From an uncultured Actinomycetota bacterium (GTDB taxonomy: Bacteria; Actinomycetota; Actinomycetes; Propionibacteriales; Nocardioidaceae): 64,000 nt of DNA. The position numbers and the translations under genes are program-made. Under the pieces are notes generated by a model, which saw only the letters and a list, made by a program, of their open reading frames with translations, was not told the DNA's origin and searched no databases. Within the stretch, counting starts at the first letter, position 1; each line of letters opens with the position of its first letter. The DNA is taken from assembly GCA_963777195.1 (NCBI GenBank), contig CAVZPT010000001.1:13363-77362 (forward strand), read 5' to 3'. This document shows positions 47,784 through 60,204 of this stretch, piece after piece.

Positions 47784-48227
47784 ATGCTGCGCACCATGAT
47801 GAAGAGCAAGATCCACCGGGCGACGGTGACCCAGGCAGACCTGCACTACGTCGGGTCGGTGACCGTGGACGAGGACCTCCTCGACGCCGCGGACCTGCTG
47901 CCCGGTGAGCTGGTGCACATCGTCGACGTGACCAACGGGGCCCGGCTGGAGACCTACACGATCGCCGGCGAGCGCGGCTCCGGGGTGATCGGGATCAACG
48001 GGGCCGCCGCCCGGCTGGTGCACCCCGGCGACGTCGTGATCCTGATCGCCTACGCGCAGATGGACACCGCCGAGGCGCGCGAGTTCGAGCCCAGCGTGGT
48101 CTTCGTCGACCAGCACAACGCCGTACTCGCCACCGGGTCCGACCCGGCCGAGGCCATCCCCGGGTCGGGGCTGGTCCGCGGCGACCTGCACAGCTTTTCC
48201 CCGTCGGACCTGGTCGCCGGGCGCTGA
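47784..48227 (+). CDS. panD: Aspartate 1-decarboxylase
   Basis: [20 protein letters not shown] cleavage site, NGAAA. Confidence 0.97.
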   Translation: MLRTMMKSKIHRATVTQADLHYVGSVTVDEDLLDAADLLPGELVHIVDVTNGARLETYTIAGERGSGVIGINGAAARLVHPGDVVILIAYAQMDTAEAREFEPSVVFVDQHNAVLATGSDPAEAIPGSGLVRGDLHSFSPSDLVAGR

Positions 48228-48236
48228 CCGTGGTTG

Positions 48237-48284
48237 CGTCATACGAACTGGTTGCTCCGACGACCACCTCGTATGACGTCCCGG
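48237..48284. repeat. Single copy of REP-like family B unit
   Basis: CGTCATACGAACTGGTTGCTC is a 21-nt reverse complement of the 17675-17695 arm; ends in GTATGACGTCCCGG. Confidence 0.8.
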
Positions 48285-48310
48285 CGACCCGCTCTCGATA
48301 GCCTGCCGGG

Positions 48311-49981
48311 ATGACCATTTCGTCGAGCCCGCGACGCGGCGCGCTCCCCGGTCGGCTGGCGGCCGGCGAGCCCGGCTGGACCACCGATGCCGACGTCGTG
48401 GTGATCGGCTCCGGGATCGCCGGGCTGACCGTCGCGCTGCGGCTGCGCCACCACGTGCGCAAGATCCTCGTCGTCACCAAGGACGTGCTCTCCGCCGGCT
48501 CGACGCAGTGGGCGCAGGGCGGGATCGCTGCGGCCCTCGGACCCGAGGACACCCCCGAGCAGCACGAGCACGACACCCTGGTGGCCGGCGCCGGGGGCTG
48601 CGACCCCGAGGCGGTCCGGATCCTGGTCAACGAGGGCCCCGACGCCGTCCGCGAGCTGATCGCGCTGGGCGCGAACTTCGATCTCGGCGCCGAGGGCGAG
48701 CTGTCGCTGACCCGCGAGGGCGGGCATCACCGCGACCGGATCGCGCACGCGGGCGGGGACGCGACGGGCGCGGAGATCCAGCGAGCCCTGGTCGCCGCGA
48801 TCCGCGCGGCCCCCGACATCGAGGTCGTCGAGCACGCGCTGGCGGTCGACCTGCTGCTGGCCGCGGACGGCGGGGTCGCGGGGACCACGCTGCACGTGAT
48901 CGGGGAGGGTCAGCGCGACGGCGTCGGGGCGGTCCGCTGCCGAGCGGTCGTGCTGGCCTCCGGGGGGCTCGGCCAGGTGTTCTCACAGACCACCAACCCC
49001 GCCGTGACCACCGGCGACGGCATGGCGCTGGCGCTCCGGGCCGGAGCGGTGCTGCGCGACCTCGAGTTCGTGCAGTTCCACCCCACTGTGATGTACCTCG
49101 GACCGGACTCCCGCGGGCAGCAGCCGCTGATCAGCGAGGCGGTCCGCGGCGAGGGTGCCGTCCTCGTCGACTTCGAGGGGAACCGCTTCATGCAGGGCCA
49201 GCACGAACTCGCCGACCTCGCACCCCGAGACGTCGTGGCCAAGGCGATCACGCGCCGGATGCACGAGTCCGGCCGCCCGCACATGTGGCTCGACGCCCGG
49301 CATCTCGGTCGCCAGTTCTGGGAGCGTCGCTTCCCCACGATCCTGGCGACCTGTCGCAACCACGGCGTCGACCCGGTCACCGACCTGATCCCGGTCTCGC
49401 CGGCCTGCCACTACGCGTCCGGGGGCGTGGCCACCGACCTGTGGGGTCGCGCCGGCGTCCCCGGTCTCTACGCCACCGGCGAGGTCGCCTGCTCCGGGGT
49501 GCACGGCGCCAACCGGCTGGCCTCCAACTCGCTGCTGGAGGGGTTGGTCTTCTCCCGCCGGATCGCGGAGGTCCTTCCCGCGGAGCTGCGCGAGCAGGTC
49601 GACCCGGCTCCCGACGAGCGGGCGAGCGGGCTGGTCTCGGCCGACGTGCGCACCGAGCTGCAGACCGTGATGACCGACCGGGTCGGGGTGCTGCGCACCG
49701 CGGACGGCCTCGGGTCCGCACTCGACGAGCTCGCGGCGCTGGCGGAGAAGCCCGGCGAGGTCGGCACGCCTGCCTGGGAGGCCACCAACCTGCTGATGAT
49801 CAGCATGGCGATGGCCGAGGCAGCCGCCCTCCGCGAGGAGACCCGCGGCTCGCACTGGCGCGAGGACCATCCCGCGCGCGACGACGAGCACATGTCCGGC
49901 CACATCGACGTCACGCACGGGTCCGACGGTCTCACGCTGTCCTTCCACCCATCCGCTCCTTCCGACAGGGGTGCCGCGTGA
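48311..49981 (+). CDS. nadB: L-aspartate oxidase
   Basis: IGSGIAGL, WAQGGIAA, REGGH, FVQFHPT, LAPRD, GVHGANRLASNSLLEG. Confidence 0.96.
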   Translation: MTISSSPRRGALPGRLAAGEPGWTTDADVVVIGSGIAGLTVALRLRHHVRKILVVTKDVLSAGSTQWAQGGIAAALGPEDTPEQHEHDTLVAGAGGCDPEAVRILVNEGPDAVRELIALGANFDLGAEGELSLTREGGHHRDRIAHAGGDATGAEIQRALVAAIRAAPDIEVVEHALAVDLLLAADGGVAGTTLHVIGEGQRDGVGAVRCRAVVLASGGLGQVFSQTTNPAVTTGDGMALALRAGAVLRDLEFVQFHPTVMYLGPDSRGQQPLISEAVRGEGAVLVDFEGNRFMQGQHELADLAPRDVVAKAITRRMHESGRPHMWLDARHLGRQFWERRFPTILATCRNHGVDPVTDLIPVSPACHYASGGVATDLWGRAGVPGLYATGEVACSGVHGANRLASNSLLEGLVFSRRIAEVLPAELREQVDPAPDERASGLVSADVRTELQTVMTDRVGVLRTADGLGSALDELAALAEKPGEVGTPAWEATNLLMISMAMAEAAALREETRGSHWREDHPARDDEHMSGHIDVTHGSDGLTLSFHPSAPSDRGAA

Positions 49982-50880
49982 GTGCCTGCACGCCGTACGA
50001 CGCCCTGCCCGCCGGCCTCATCGAGGAGCTCGACGCGGCGGGTCTCGACCCACGCGCGGTCTACGCCGCGATCTGCTCGGCCCTCGAGGAGGACCTGCCG
50101 GCCGGCCGCAGCGACGTGACCAGCGACGCCACGATCCCGCCCGACCAGCGCGGGGTCGCCGACTTCGCCGCCCGCGAGCCGGGCGTCGTCGCGGGGCTGG
50201 GGGTCGCCGCCCTCGTCTTCCACGCCGTGATGGGCGACGACGTCGAGGTCACCGGCCGGCTCGCCGACGGCACTCGCGTGCAGCCCGGCGACGCCGTGAT
50301 GAAGGTGTCCGGCCCGACGCGCGGACTGCTGACCGCGGAGCGAACCGCACTCAACTTCGCCTCGCACCTCTCCGGGGTGGCGACCGCGACGTCGCACTGG
50401 GTGGCGGCGCTCGAGGGCACCAAGGCGCGGGTGCTCGACACACGAAAGACCCTGCCGAACCACCGAGCACTGCAGAAGTACGCCGTGCGCTGCGGGGGTG
50501 GCGTCAACCACCGGTTCAGCCTGTCGGACCTCGCGATGGTCAAGGACAACCACGTCGTCGCCGCCGGGGGTGTGGTGCCCGCCTTCGAGGCCGTACGCCG
50601 GGCCCACCCCGATGTCCCCGTCGAGGTCGAGGTGACCGACCTCGACCAGCTGCGCGAGCTGCTCGACGCCGGCTGCGAGCGGATCCTGCTCGACAACATG
50701 AGCGACGACCAGATGGCCGAGGCAGTCCGGATCACCGACGGGCACGCGACCCTCGAGGCCTCCGGCGGCCTGACCCTCGAACGTGCCCGCGACGTCGCCG
50801 AGACCGGCGTCGACTTCATCTCGGTCGGCGCGCTGACCCACTCCGTGGTCGTCTTCGACATCGGGATGGACCTGCGATGA
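49978..50880 (+). CDS. nadC: Nicotinate-nucleotide diphosphorylase (carboxylating)
   Basis: ERTALNF, DTRKT, NHRFSL, KDNH, EVEV, LLDN, EASGG. Confidence 0.96.
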   Translation: MSACTPYDALPAGLIEELDAAGLDPRAVYAAICSALEEDLPAGRSDVTSDATIPPDQRGVADFAAREPGVVAGLGVAALVFHAVMGDDVEVTGRLADGTRVQPGDAVMKVSGPTRGLLTAERTALNFASHLSGVATATSHWVAALEGTKARVLDTRKTLPNHRALQKYAVRCGGGVNHRFSLSDLAMVKDNHVVAAGGVVPAFEAVRRAHPDVPVEVEVTDLDQLRELLDAGCERILLDNMSDDQMAEAVRITDGHATLEASGGLTLERARDVAETGVDFISVGALTHSVVVFDIGMDLR

Positions 50881-51653
50881 CGCTGCTGTGCGCCGACATC
50901 GGCAACTCCCACACCGTCCTGGGGCTGCTCGACGACGGCACGGTGCTCGACCACTGGCGGGTCGCCACCGACGAGCGCCGCACCGCCGACGAGTGGGCGG
51001 TCCTCCTCAGCGGCCTGCTCCGGGAGAGCAACGTCGCCCATGGCCTGGCGGGGGTCGCGGTCTGCGCCACGGTGCCCACGGTGCTGCACGAGTGGCGCGA
51101 CATGCTGGTGCGGCACTTCGGCACACTGCCCAGCGTGGTCGTCGAACCGGGCGTGCGCACCGGCGTGCCGGTGCTGATGGACAACCCCCGCGAGGTGGGC
51201 GCCGACCGGGTGGTCAACGCCCTGGCCGCGGCCACCCTCTACGACGGACCGGCGATCGTGGTCGACTTCGGCACCGCCACCACCTTCGACGTGGTCAGCC
51301 CGCGCGGGGAGTACATCGGCGGTGCGATCGCCCCCGGCATCGACATCTCGCTCGAGGCCCTGGGCCGGCGGGGAGCGCAGCTGCGCCAGGTCGAGCTGCT
51401 GCGCCCCCGCACAGTGATCGCGAAGAACACCGTCGAGGCGCTCCAGTCGGGGATGGTGTTCGGCTTCGCCAGCCAGGTCGACGGCATCGTGACCAGGATG
51501 ATCGAGGAGCTCGGCGTACCCACGTCCGACGTGCACGTGATCGCCACCGGGGGGCTCGCGCCGATCGTGGTGGAGGAGTGCCGCGCGTTCACGACCCACC
51601 AGCCCTGGCTCACCCTGCTCGGGCTCGAGATGGTCTTCGCCCGCAACAGCTGA
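50877..51653 (+). CDS. coaX: Type III pantothenate kinase
   Basis: DIGNSHT, GADR, VDFGTATTFD, GGAIAPG, ATGG. Confidence 0.95.
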   Translation: MTLLCADIGNSHTVLGLLDDGTVLDHWRVATDERRTADEWAVLLSGLLRESNVAHGLAGVAVCATVPTVLHEWRDMLVRHFGTLPSVVVEPGVRTGVPVLMDNPREVGADRVVNALAAATLYDGPAIVVDFGTATTFDVVSPRGEYIGGAIAPGIDISLEALGRRGAQLRQVELLRPRTVIAKNTVEALQSGMVFGFASQVDGIVTRMIEELGVPTSDVHVIATGGLAPIVVEECRAFTTHQPWLTLLGLEMVFARNS

Positions 51654-51662
51654 GCCGGAGGG

Positions 51663-52823
51663 TCAGACGCTGCTGACCGCGCTCGCAGGGTCGATCAGGA
51701 TCTTCGCGTGCCGCTCGGGGTCGCCGAGGACCTCGAAGGCGTCCGCCACCCCGTCGAGGCCGACCGTCCCGGTGATCAGCGGGGTCGGGTCCACCTTCCC
51801 GTTCGCCATCAGCTGCAGGGTCTCGTGGAACTCGTGTGGCTGGTAGGCGAAGACGAAGCGCAGGTCGATCTCCTTGTTGATCGCCATCGCCGGCTGGAAG
51901 GTGTCCGGCTCCATGCACACGCCCACCACCACCACGCGCGCGGCGAGCGGCGCCTGGTTGACGATCTGGTCGATGATGCCGGGAACGCCGACGCACTCGA
52001 AGACGACCGGACCGCTCGGCGTGGCCCCCGCGGCCTCGGCGGCGCGGAGCACCTGCCACCACGGCAGCATCGGGACCCTGCGGAGCTTGCCCATCGTGCC
52101 CAGCGCGAGGTCGAAGAGGTCGTTGGCGTCGGTCAGGTAGCGGCTCTGCTCGAAGCCGGTCCAGGGTGACTGCGCCCCCGGGTCGATGACCACGTCGGCA
52201 CCGCAGCGCTCGGCCAGCGCGCGGCGACCGGGGGAGAAGTCGCTCGCGACGACGTGCGCGACCCCTCGGGCCTTGAGCATCAAGATCACGGCCAGCCCGA
52301 TCGGGCCGCAGCCGACGACGACAGCGGTCTCCTTCTTGCGGATCGCGCTGCGGCGTACGGCGTGCCAGGCGACCGCCATCGGCTCGGTCAGCGCGGCCGT
52401 CTCCGGGCTGAACCCGTTGGGGACCTCCATCGTCAGCGACTCCTGCACGAGCACCTTCTCGGCGTACGCCCCGGGCGCCTTGGCCGAGAGGCCGGTCATC
52501 TGCACCTTCTCGCCCATGCGGATCATCGGCAGCGCGACCACCGGAGTGCCGGTCGCCCAGGGCCGGCGGGTGGAGGGGCCGTAGTCCAGCACGCGGCCGC
52601 TGAACTCGTGGCCCATCACCACCGACTCGTGGGGCCGCATCACGTCGTGGTAGCCGACTCCCGCGGCCAGGTCGGCGAGCTGGTCGGCGTGCCTGCGGGC
52701 GTGCAGGTCCGAGCCGCAGATGCCGCTGCGGACCACCTCGAGCAGCACCTGGCCCGGCCCCGGAACCGGGTCCGGCAGCGCGGTGACCTCGAGCAACGTG
52801 TCCTGGCAGACCACAGCCTTCAT
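51663..52823 (-). CDS. Zinc-binding (MDR) dehydrogenase
   Basis: GICGSDLH, GHEF, GCGPIG, FECVG; AGGAGG RBS. Confidence 0.9.
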   Translation of the reverse strand: MKAVVCQDTLLEVTALPDPVPGPGQVLLEVVRSGICGSDLHARRHADQLADLAAGVGYHDVMRPHESVVMGHEFSGRVLDYGPSTRRPWATGTPVVALPMIRMGEKVQMTGLSAKAPGAYAEKVLVQESLTMEVPNGFSPETAALTEPMAVAWHAVRRSAIRKKETAVVVGCGPIGLAVILMLKARGVAHVVASDFSPGRRALAERCGADVVIDPGAQSPWTGFEQSRYLTDANDLFDLALGTMGKLRRVPMLPWWQVLRAAEAAGATPSGPVVFECVGVPGIIDQIVNQAPLAARVVVVGVCMEPDTFQPAMAINKEIDLRFVFAYQPHEFHETLQLMANGKVDPTPLITGTVGLDGVADAFEVLGDPERHAKILIDPASAVSSV

Positions 52824-52875
52824 CGTCGTGCTCCTCCTGCTCAGCCGTCCGGGCCTGCAAAGTAGCCTGTCCGCC

Positions 52876-54390
52876 ATGGATGACCAGCCCCAGGCCCGAC
52901 CGGAGACCCAGGGCGACGACCTGCCTGAGCAGATGCAGGTACGACGGGACAAGCGGCAGCGCATGCTCGACCAGGGGATCCAGCCCTACCCGACGACCGT
53001 GGAGCGGACCCACACCATCGCCGGCATCCGGTCGGCCTACGACGCCCAGGAGCTGGAGCCGGACACCCACACCGGGGAGCAGGTGGCCCTGACCGGCCGG
53101 GTGATCTTCCAGCGCAACACCGGCAAGCTCTGCTTCGCGCGGCTGCGCGAGGGTGCCGGTGCCGAGATCCAGGTGATGCTCAGCCTCGCCGAGGTCGGGG
53201 AGGAGTCACTGGCGGAGTTCAAGGCCCTGGTCGACATCGGCGACCTGCTGGCCGTGCGCGGCGAGGTGATCACCAGCCGTCGGGGCGAGCTGAGCATCCA
53301 GGTCCGCGAGTGGCAGCTCGCCGCCAAGACCCTGCGGCCGCTGCCCAACGAGCACCGGCCGCTCTCCGACGAGGCGCGCATCCGGCTGCGGTACGTCGAC
53401 ATGATGATCCGGCCCGAGGCCCGCGAGATGGTGCGCACCAAGGCGACCGTGCTGCGAAGCCTGCGCAACACCCTCGACGAGCGCGGCTACACCGAGGTCG
53501 AGACGCCGATCCTGCAGCTGACCAACGGCGGTGCGGCAGCACGGCCGTTCCGGACCCACCTCAACGCCCTCGACCAGCCGATGCTGCTGCGGATCGCCCT
53601 CGAGCTCGACCTGAAGCGGGCGATGATCGGCGGCGTCGAGAAGGTCTACGAGATCGGCCGGACCTTCCGCAACGAGGGGCTGGACTCCACGCACGCCGCG
53701 GAGTTCTCGATGCTGGAGGCCTATGAGGCCTACGGCGACCAGTTCACGATGATGGAGCTGACCCGCGCCCTGGTCCTCGATGCGGCGCGAGCGGTCGGCC
53801 GCACCGTCGTACCTGGGCGCGACGGGTCCGAGATCGACCTCGAGGCGCAGTGGCGTCAGGCCTCGATCCTGGACCTCGTCTCCGAGGCGCTCGGCGAGAA
53901 GATCGACGTGGACACCCCGGCGCAAACATTGCGCGCATTCGCGGACGCGCACAATGTCGAGCTGCAGCCGAAATGGGAGGCCGCGGAGATTGTCGTCGAG
54001 CTCTACGAGCAGCTCGTCGAGGACCACCTGATCACACCGACATTCGTGATGGATTACCCCTCCGCGGTCAAACCGCTCGCCAAGGCGCACCGTTCCCGGC
54101 CCGGTCTCAACGAGGCCTGGGACCTGATCATCAACGGCGTCGAGCTGGCGCCGGCCTATTCGGAGCTCAACGACCCGGTGGTGCAGCGAGAACGGCTCAT
54201 TGCCCAGTCCTTGCTGGCCGCACAGGGTGATCCCGAGGCCATGGAGCTCGACGAGGTGTTCCTCAAGGCGATGGAGTACGGCATGCCGCCCGCGGGCGGC
54301 ATGGGCCTGGGGGTCGATCGGCTGATCATGTTGCTCACCGGCGCCGGTATTCGGGAAACCATTCTTTTTCCCTTGCTTCGGCCCGAGTGA
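52876..54390 (+). CDS. lysS: Lysine--tRNA ligase (class II)
   Basis: GKLCFA OB fold, GGAAARPF, FRNEG, YSELNDP, YGMPPAGGMGLGVDR; -10 TAGCCT 7 nt before ATG. Confidence 0.97.
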   Translation: MDDQPQARPETQGDDLPEQMQVRRDKRQRMLDQGIQPYPTTVERTHTIAGIRSAYDAQELEPDTHTGEQVALTGRVIFQRNTGKLCFARLREGAGAEIQVMLSLAEVGEESLAEFKALVDIGDLLAVRGEVITSRRGELSIQVREWQLAAKTLRPLPNEHRPLSDEARIRLRYVDMMIRPEAREMVRTKATVLRSLRNTLDERGYTEVETPILQLTNGGAAARPFRTHLNALDQPMLLRIALELDLKRAMIGGVEKVYEIGRTFRNEGLDSTHAAEFSMLEAYEAYGDQFTMMELTRALVLDAARAVGRTVVPGRDGSEIDLEAQWRQASILDLVSEALGEKIDVDTPAQTLRAFADAHNVELQPKWEAAEIVVELYEQLVEDHLITPTFVMDYPSAVKPLAKAHRSRPGLNEAWDLIINGVELAPAYSELNDPVVQRERLIAQSLLAAQGDPEAMELDEVFLKAMEYGMPPAGGMGLGVDRLIMLLTGAGIRETILFPLLRPE

Positions 54391-54474
54391 AAACGGCTGC
54401 ACGGCGAATTTGGCGTGATAAAGTCGAGAGACGGGGGAACCGCAGCTAATTCGATTCCCGAGGACGGCGAAATC

Positions 54475-54795
54475 ATGGCCCAGAAGGTTCACATCGTGCT
54501 GGTCGACGACATCGACCAGAGCGACGCAGAGGAAACAGTCACGTTCGGTCTCGACGGCAAGGAATATGCCATCGACCTGAATGCGAAGAATGCCCGCGCA
54601 CTGCGCGACGCGATCGCCCCCTACCTCGCCCACGCCCGCTCGGTCGGCGGTCGCAGCCGGCGCAGCAACGGCAAGGCCGCCAGCGGTCCGGCCCCCTCGG
54701 AGATCCGTGCCTGGGCCCGCGACAACGGTTTCGACGTACCCGAGCGCGGTCGTGTCTCCGCCGAGGTCCGCGAGGCCTACGCCGCCGCGCACTGA
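54475..54795 (+). CDS. lsr2: Nucleoid-associated protein Lsr2
   Basis: MAQKVHIVLVDDID, YAIDL, IRAWARDNG...RGRV AT-hook; lysS-lsr2-clpC synteny. Confidence 0.96.
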   Translation: MAQKVHIVLVDDIDQSDAEETVTFGLDGKEYAIDLNAKNARALRDAIAPYLAHARSVGGRSRRSNGKAASGPAPSEIRAWARDNGFDVPERGRVSAEVREAYAAAH

Positions 54796-54803
54796 CGCCC
54801 CGG

Positions 54804-55418
54804 ATGCCGACCTCGGCGGACCGCACCGTCTTCGACCCCGACGACGAGGCGGTCAACGCCTACCGGCTGCTGACCGCACTCGTAGTGCCCCGGCCGATCG
54901 CGTGGGTCTCCACCCGCGACGCGGACGGTCGGGGCAACTTGGCGCCGCACTCGTTCTTCACCGTGGCCAGCGGCCGGCCGCCGGTGGTGCTGTTCAGCTC
55001 CCTGGGCCGCAAGGACACCGTGCGCAACATCGAGGCCACCGGCGAGTTCGTGATCAGCTTCTCCTCCGAGTCGCTGCTCGAGCAGATCAACGCCAGCAGC
55101 GCGCCGTTCGAGCACGGGCAGGACGAGGCGCAGCGTCTCGGGATCGCGATGGAGCCCTCCCACAGCGTCGCCCCGGAGCGGGTGGCGCTCTCGCCTGCGT
55201 CGATCGAGTGTCGGCTGGAGCGGATCGTCGAGGTCGGCTCGGCCCACGTCGTCTTCGGGGCGGTGACCGCGATCACGGTGCGGCCCGACGTACTCCATGA
55301 CGGGCACCCGGCGATGGAGCACCTGCGCCCGGTCTCCCGCCTCGGCCGCGACGAGTGGGGCCGTCCCCCCGAGGTCTTCCGCCTCACCCGTCCCCAACAA
55401 CCCGAGGACGTGCTGTGA
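54804..55418 (+). CDS. Flavin reductase (DIM6/NTAB) family protein
   Basis: VVPRPIAWVST, NLAPHSFF, KDTVRNIEATGEFV, SRLG. Confidence 0.9.
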   Translation: MPTSADRTVFDPDDEAVNAYRLLTALVVPRPIAWVSTRDADGRGNLAPHSFFTVASGRPPVVLFSSLGRKDTVRNIEATGEFVISFSSESLLEQINASSAPFEHGQDEAQRLGIAMEPSHSVAPERVALSPASIECRLERIVEVGSAHVVFGAVTAITVRPDVLHDGHPAMEHLRPVSRLGRDEWGRPPEVFRLTRPQQPEDVL

Positions 55419-55434
55419 GGTTGGGCGGGGGGGT

Positions 55435-55524
55435 CGGTTTCCCAGGTTAAGAACCCAGTCTGCCTCTTCACACAGCGTGCGCGGTGTGTGAAGAGGCAGA
55501 CTCACCTCTTAACCTGGGAAACCG
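55435..55524. repeat. REP-like family C: 90-bp inverted repeat (40-bp arms, 10-nt loop)
   Basis: CGGTTTCCCAGGTTAAGA-accc-AGTCTGCCTCTTCACACA / TGTGTGAAGAGGCAGACT-cacc-TCTTAACCTGGGAAACCG. Confidence 0.9.
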
Positions 55525-55624
55525 GCTCCGGCCAACCCCCCAGGAACCCGCCTCCGGCCCACCCCCCTGACGCCAGCCGTACGCCGCCATCGCAGCCGGC
55601 GAACCGAGGCGGTCCCGCCGGGCT

Positions 55625-55681
55625 GTTCGCTCAGAGCGAAGTGCCGATCTGGGCGGAACACGTAGGCTGTCATAAGGGTTG
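55625..55681 (+). promoter_or_regulatory. ClgR-type operator plus SigR/SigH-type promoter for clpC
   Basis: GTTCGC-N5-GCGAA at 55625-55640; GGAAC-N18-GTTG at 55655-55681. Confidence 0.75.
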
Positions 55682-55735
55682 TACCGGCTGTGCGGGACGC
55701 ATCTGCCGACCCCGCGAGAGTTCGAGGAGTAGCCC

Positions 55736-58270
<2,535 letters not shown>

Positions 58271-58283
58271 CTCCCCGCCCTTT

Positions 58284-58393
58284 TCGCCGAGACGTCGCAT
58301 CTGAAACCTCACCCAGCGCCGAGACGTCGCAGATGAAATTTCATCTGCGACGTCTCGGCGGTCTGGGCGGTTTCATCTGTGACGTCTCGGCGA
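58284..58393. repeat. REP-like family A, second locus: two direct + two inverted units with a perfect central 44-bp palindrome
   Basis: Units at 58284, 58317 (direct) and 58339, 58370 (inverted); lies between convergent clpC and mutY. Confidence 0.95.
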
Positions 58394-58406
58394 TCGGGGG
58401 GGGCCG

Positions 58407-59285
58407 TCAGGTGGGGAGGGAGAAGCGGGGGCCGTCGGCCGCGCCGGGGGGCAGCTCGACCACGAGGCCGTCGGTGAGCAGGCTGGCGAGGGCTCGCTCG
58501 CGCTGTGGTACGTCGGACCAGGCGGCGTCGAGACGACTACGGCAGACCGGGCCGTCGCTGTCGCGGAGCACGGCCATCAGCCGGCCGCGGGCCTGCCGGT
58601 CGGTCCCCGCCCAGGACTGCGTGCGCCGCGGCGGCCCGTCGTAGGCCGGCCTGCCGGCGAGGTTCCACGTGCACAGGTCACTGACCGGGCAGGCGTCGCA
58701 GCGCGGTGAGGTCGCGGTGCACACCAGGGCGCCGAGCTCCATCACCGCGACCGCCCAGGTCGCTGCCTCCTCGAGGGGCAGCAGGGCCTGGGCCACGTCG
58801 CGCTCGGCGCGGGTGAGCGACGCGGCGGCGAGCTCGGTGCCGCCGACGGCGCGGGCGAAGACCCGGCGGACGTTGGTGTCCAGGACGGTGTGCCGCGCGC
58901 CGAAGGCGAACGACGCGATCGCGCTCGCGGTGTAGTCGCCGACTCCCGGCAGCGCGACCAGGTCCTCGTAGGACTCGGGGACCTCCCCGCCGTGGCGGTC
59001 CATGATCACGCACGCAGCGGCGTGCAGGCGCAACGCCCGCCGCGGGTAGCCCAGCCGGCCCCAGGCACGCACGGCCTCGCCGACCGGCGCGGCCGCCAGC
59101 GCTCCAGGGCTCGGCCAGCGCCGCAGCCACTCCTCGTGGACGGGCAGCACCCGCGCGACCGGGGTCTGCTGGAGCATGAACTCCGAGACCATCACCGACC
59201 ACGGGGTCGAGCCCGGACCTCGCCAGGGCAGGTCGCGGGCGTGGTCGGCGTACCAGTCCAGGACCGGCCGGTGCAGTGGGTGCAT
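58407..59285 (-). CDS. mutY: A/G-specific adenine glycosylase
   Basis: RDLPWR, VSEFMLQQT, WGRLGYPRRA, LPGVGDYTA, DTNVRR, CxxxxPxCxxCPxxxxC Fe-S loop. Confidence 0.95.
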   Translation of the reverse strand: MHPLHRPVLDWYADHARDLPWRGPGSTPWSVMVSEFMLQQTPVARVLPVHEEWLRRWPSPGALAAAPVGEAVRAWGRLGYPRRALRLHAAACVIMDRHGGEVPESYEDLVALPGVGDYTASAIASFAFGARHTVLDTNVRRVFARAVGGTELAAASLTRAERDVAQALLPLEEAATWAVAVMELGALVCTATSPRCDACPVSDLCTWNLAGRPAYDGPPRRTQSWAGTDRQARGRLMAVLRDSDGPVCRSRLDAAWSDVPQRERALASLLTDGLVVELPPGAADGPRFSLPT

Positions 59286-59394
59286 GGTCGCGGCCAAGGC
59301 TGCCCGCCCGCCGTGACGCGCGCAACTCCGGTGGGCGTGCACGCCTCGGCGTTGCTCCCTCATCGCGGTCGCGATGCTGGCTACGGTGGCCGCC

Positions 59395-60198
59395 ATGGGC
59401 ACTGACAGGACACCTCGCCGGCGCCTGCCCGCACGCGTCTACTGGGTACGCCGGGGCCTGGTGGCCGCATCCGCGGTGCTCCTCGTCGTCGGCATCAGCC
59501 AGCTGATCGGCATCGGCTCGGACTCCACGAACCCGGTCGACCAGGCCGCACCGGCAGCAGCGGGACCGACCCGCACCACCGCGGCCGCCCCCGCCGGGCC
59601 GGTCGCGCCGGCCAAGAAGCTGCTGCGACAGCAGGCCAAGCAGACCCAGAACCTCCCGGCGCCCGACGGTCCCTGCCTCGACGACGAGATCACCGTGCTG
59701 CCCTCGGTGCCGAAGGCCGCCGCAGGGGGCGAGATCACGATCAGGCTGCAGCTCTTCGGCACCCGACCGGCCTGCACCTTCGCGGTCTCGCCGGAGACCC
59801 TCGTGGTGGCGGTCACCTCGGGCTCGGACCGGATCTGGTCGACCCAGGACTGCCGAAAGTCGATCACTGACGGCTCGGTCACGGTCTACAGCGGCACGCC
59901 CGCCACGGTGACAGTGGCCTGGAACGGGCGGCGCTCCGAGCCCGGCTGCGGCTCCGGGACCTCCTGGGCGATGCCCGGTTTCTACCACGTGCTGGCGGCC
60001 GCCCAGGGGTCCACTCCGGAGGACGTGCAGTTCGAGGTGACCCTGCCCGACAAGCCCGTGGTCACCCGCACTATCAAGCCCAAGCCGGGCAAGAACGGCC
60101 AGAGCGCATCGCCGTCGCAGGGCTCGACGACGTCCTCGAGTGCCGCCCCCTCGAAGCCGAGCGCCAAGCCGACGAAGTCCGCCAAGCCCAAGCCCTGA
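59395..60198 (+). CDS. Membrane-anchored hypothetical protein (conserved next to disA in actinobacteria)
   Basis: LPARVYWVRR + TM, SGSDRIWSTQDC, Pro/Lys-rich tail; -10 TACGGT 7 nt before ATG. Confidence 0.8.
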   Translation: MGTDRTPRRRLPARVYWVRRGLVAASAVLLVVGISQLIGIGSDSTNPVDQAAPAAAGPTRTTAAAPAGPVAPAKKLLRQQAKQTQNLPAPDGPCLDDEITVLPSVPKAAAGGEITIRLQLFGTRPACTFAVSPETLVVAVTSGSDRIWSTQDCRKSITDGSVTVYSGTPATVTVAWNGRRSEPGCGSGTSWAMPGFYHVLAAAQGSTPEDVQFEVTLPDKPVVTRTIKPKPGKNGQSASPSQGSTTSSSAAPSKPSAKPTKSAKPKP

Positions 60199-60204
60199 AC
60201 GGGT

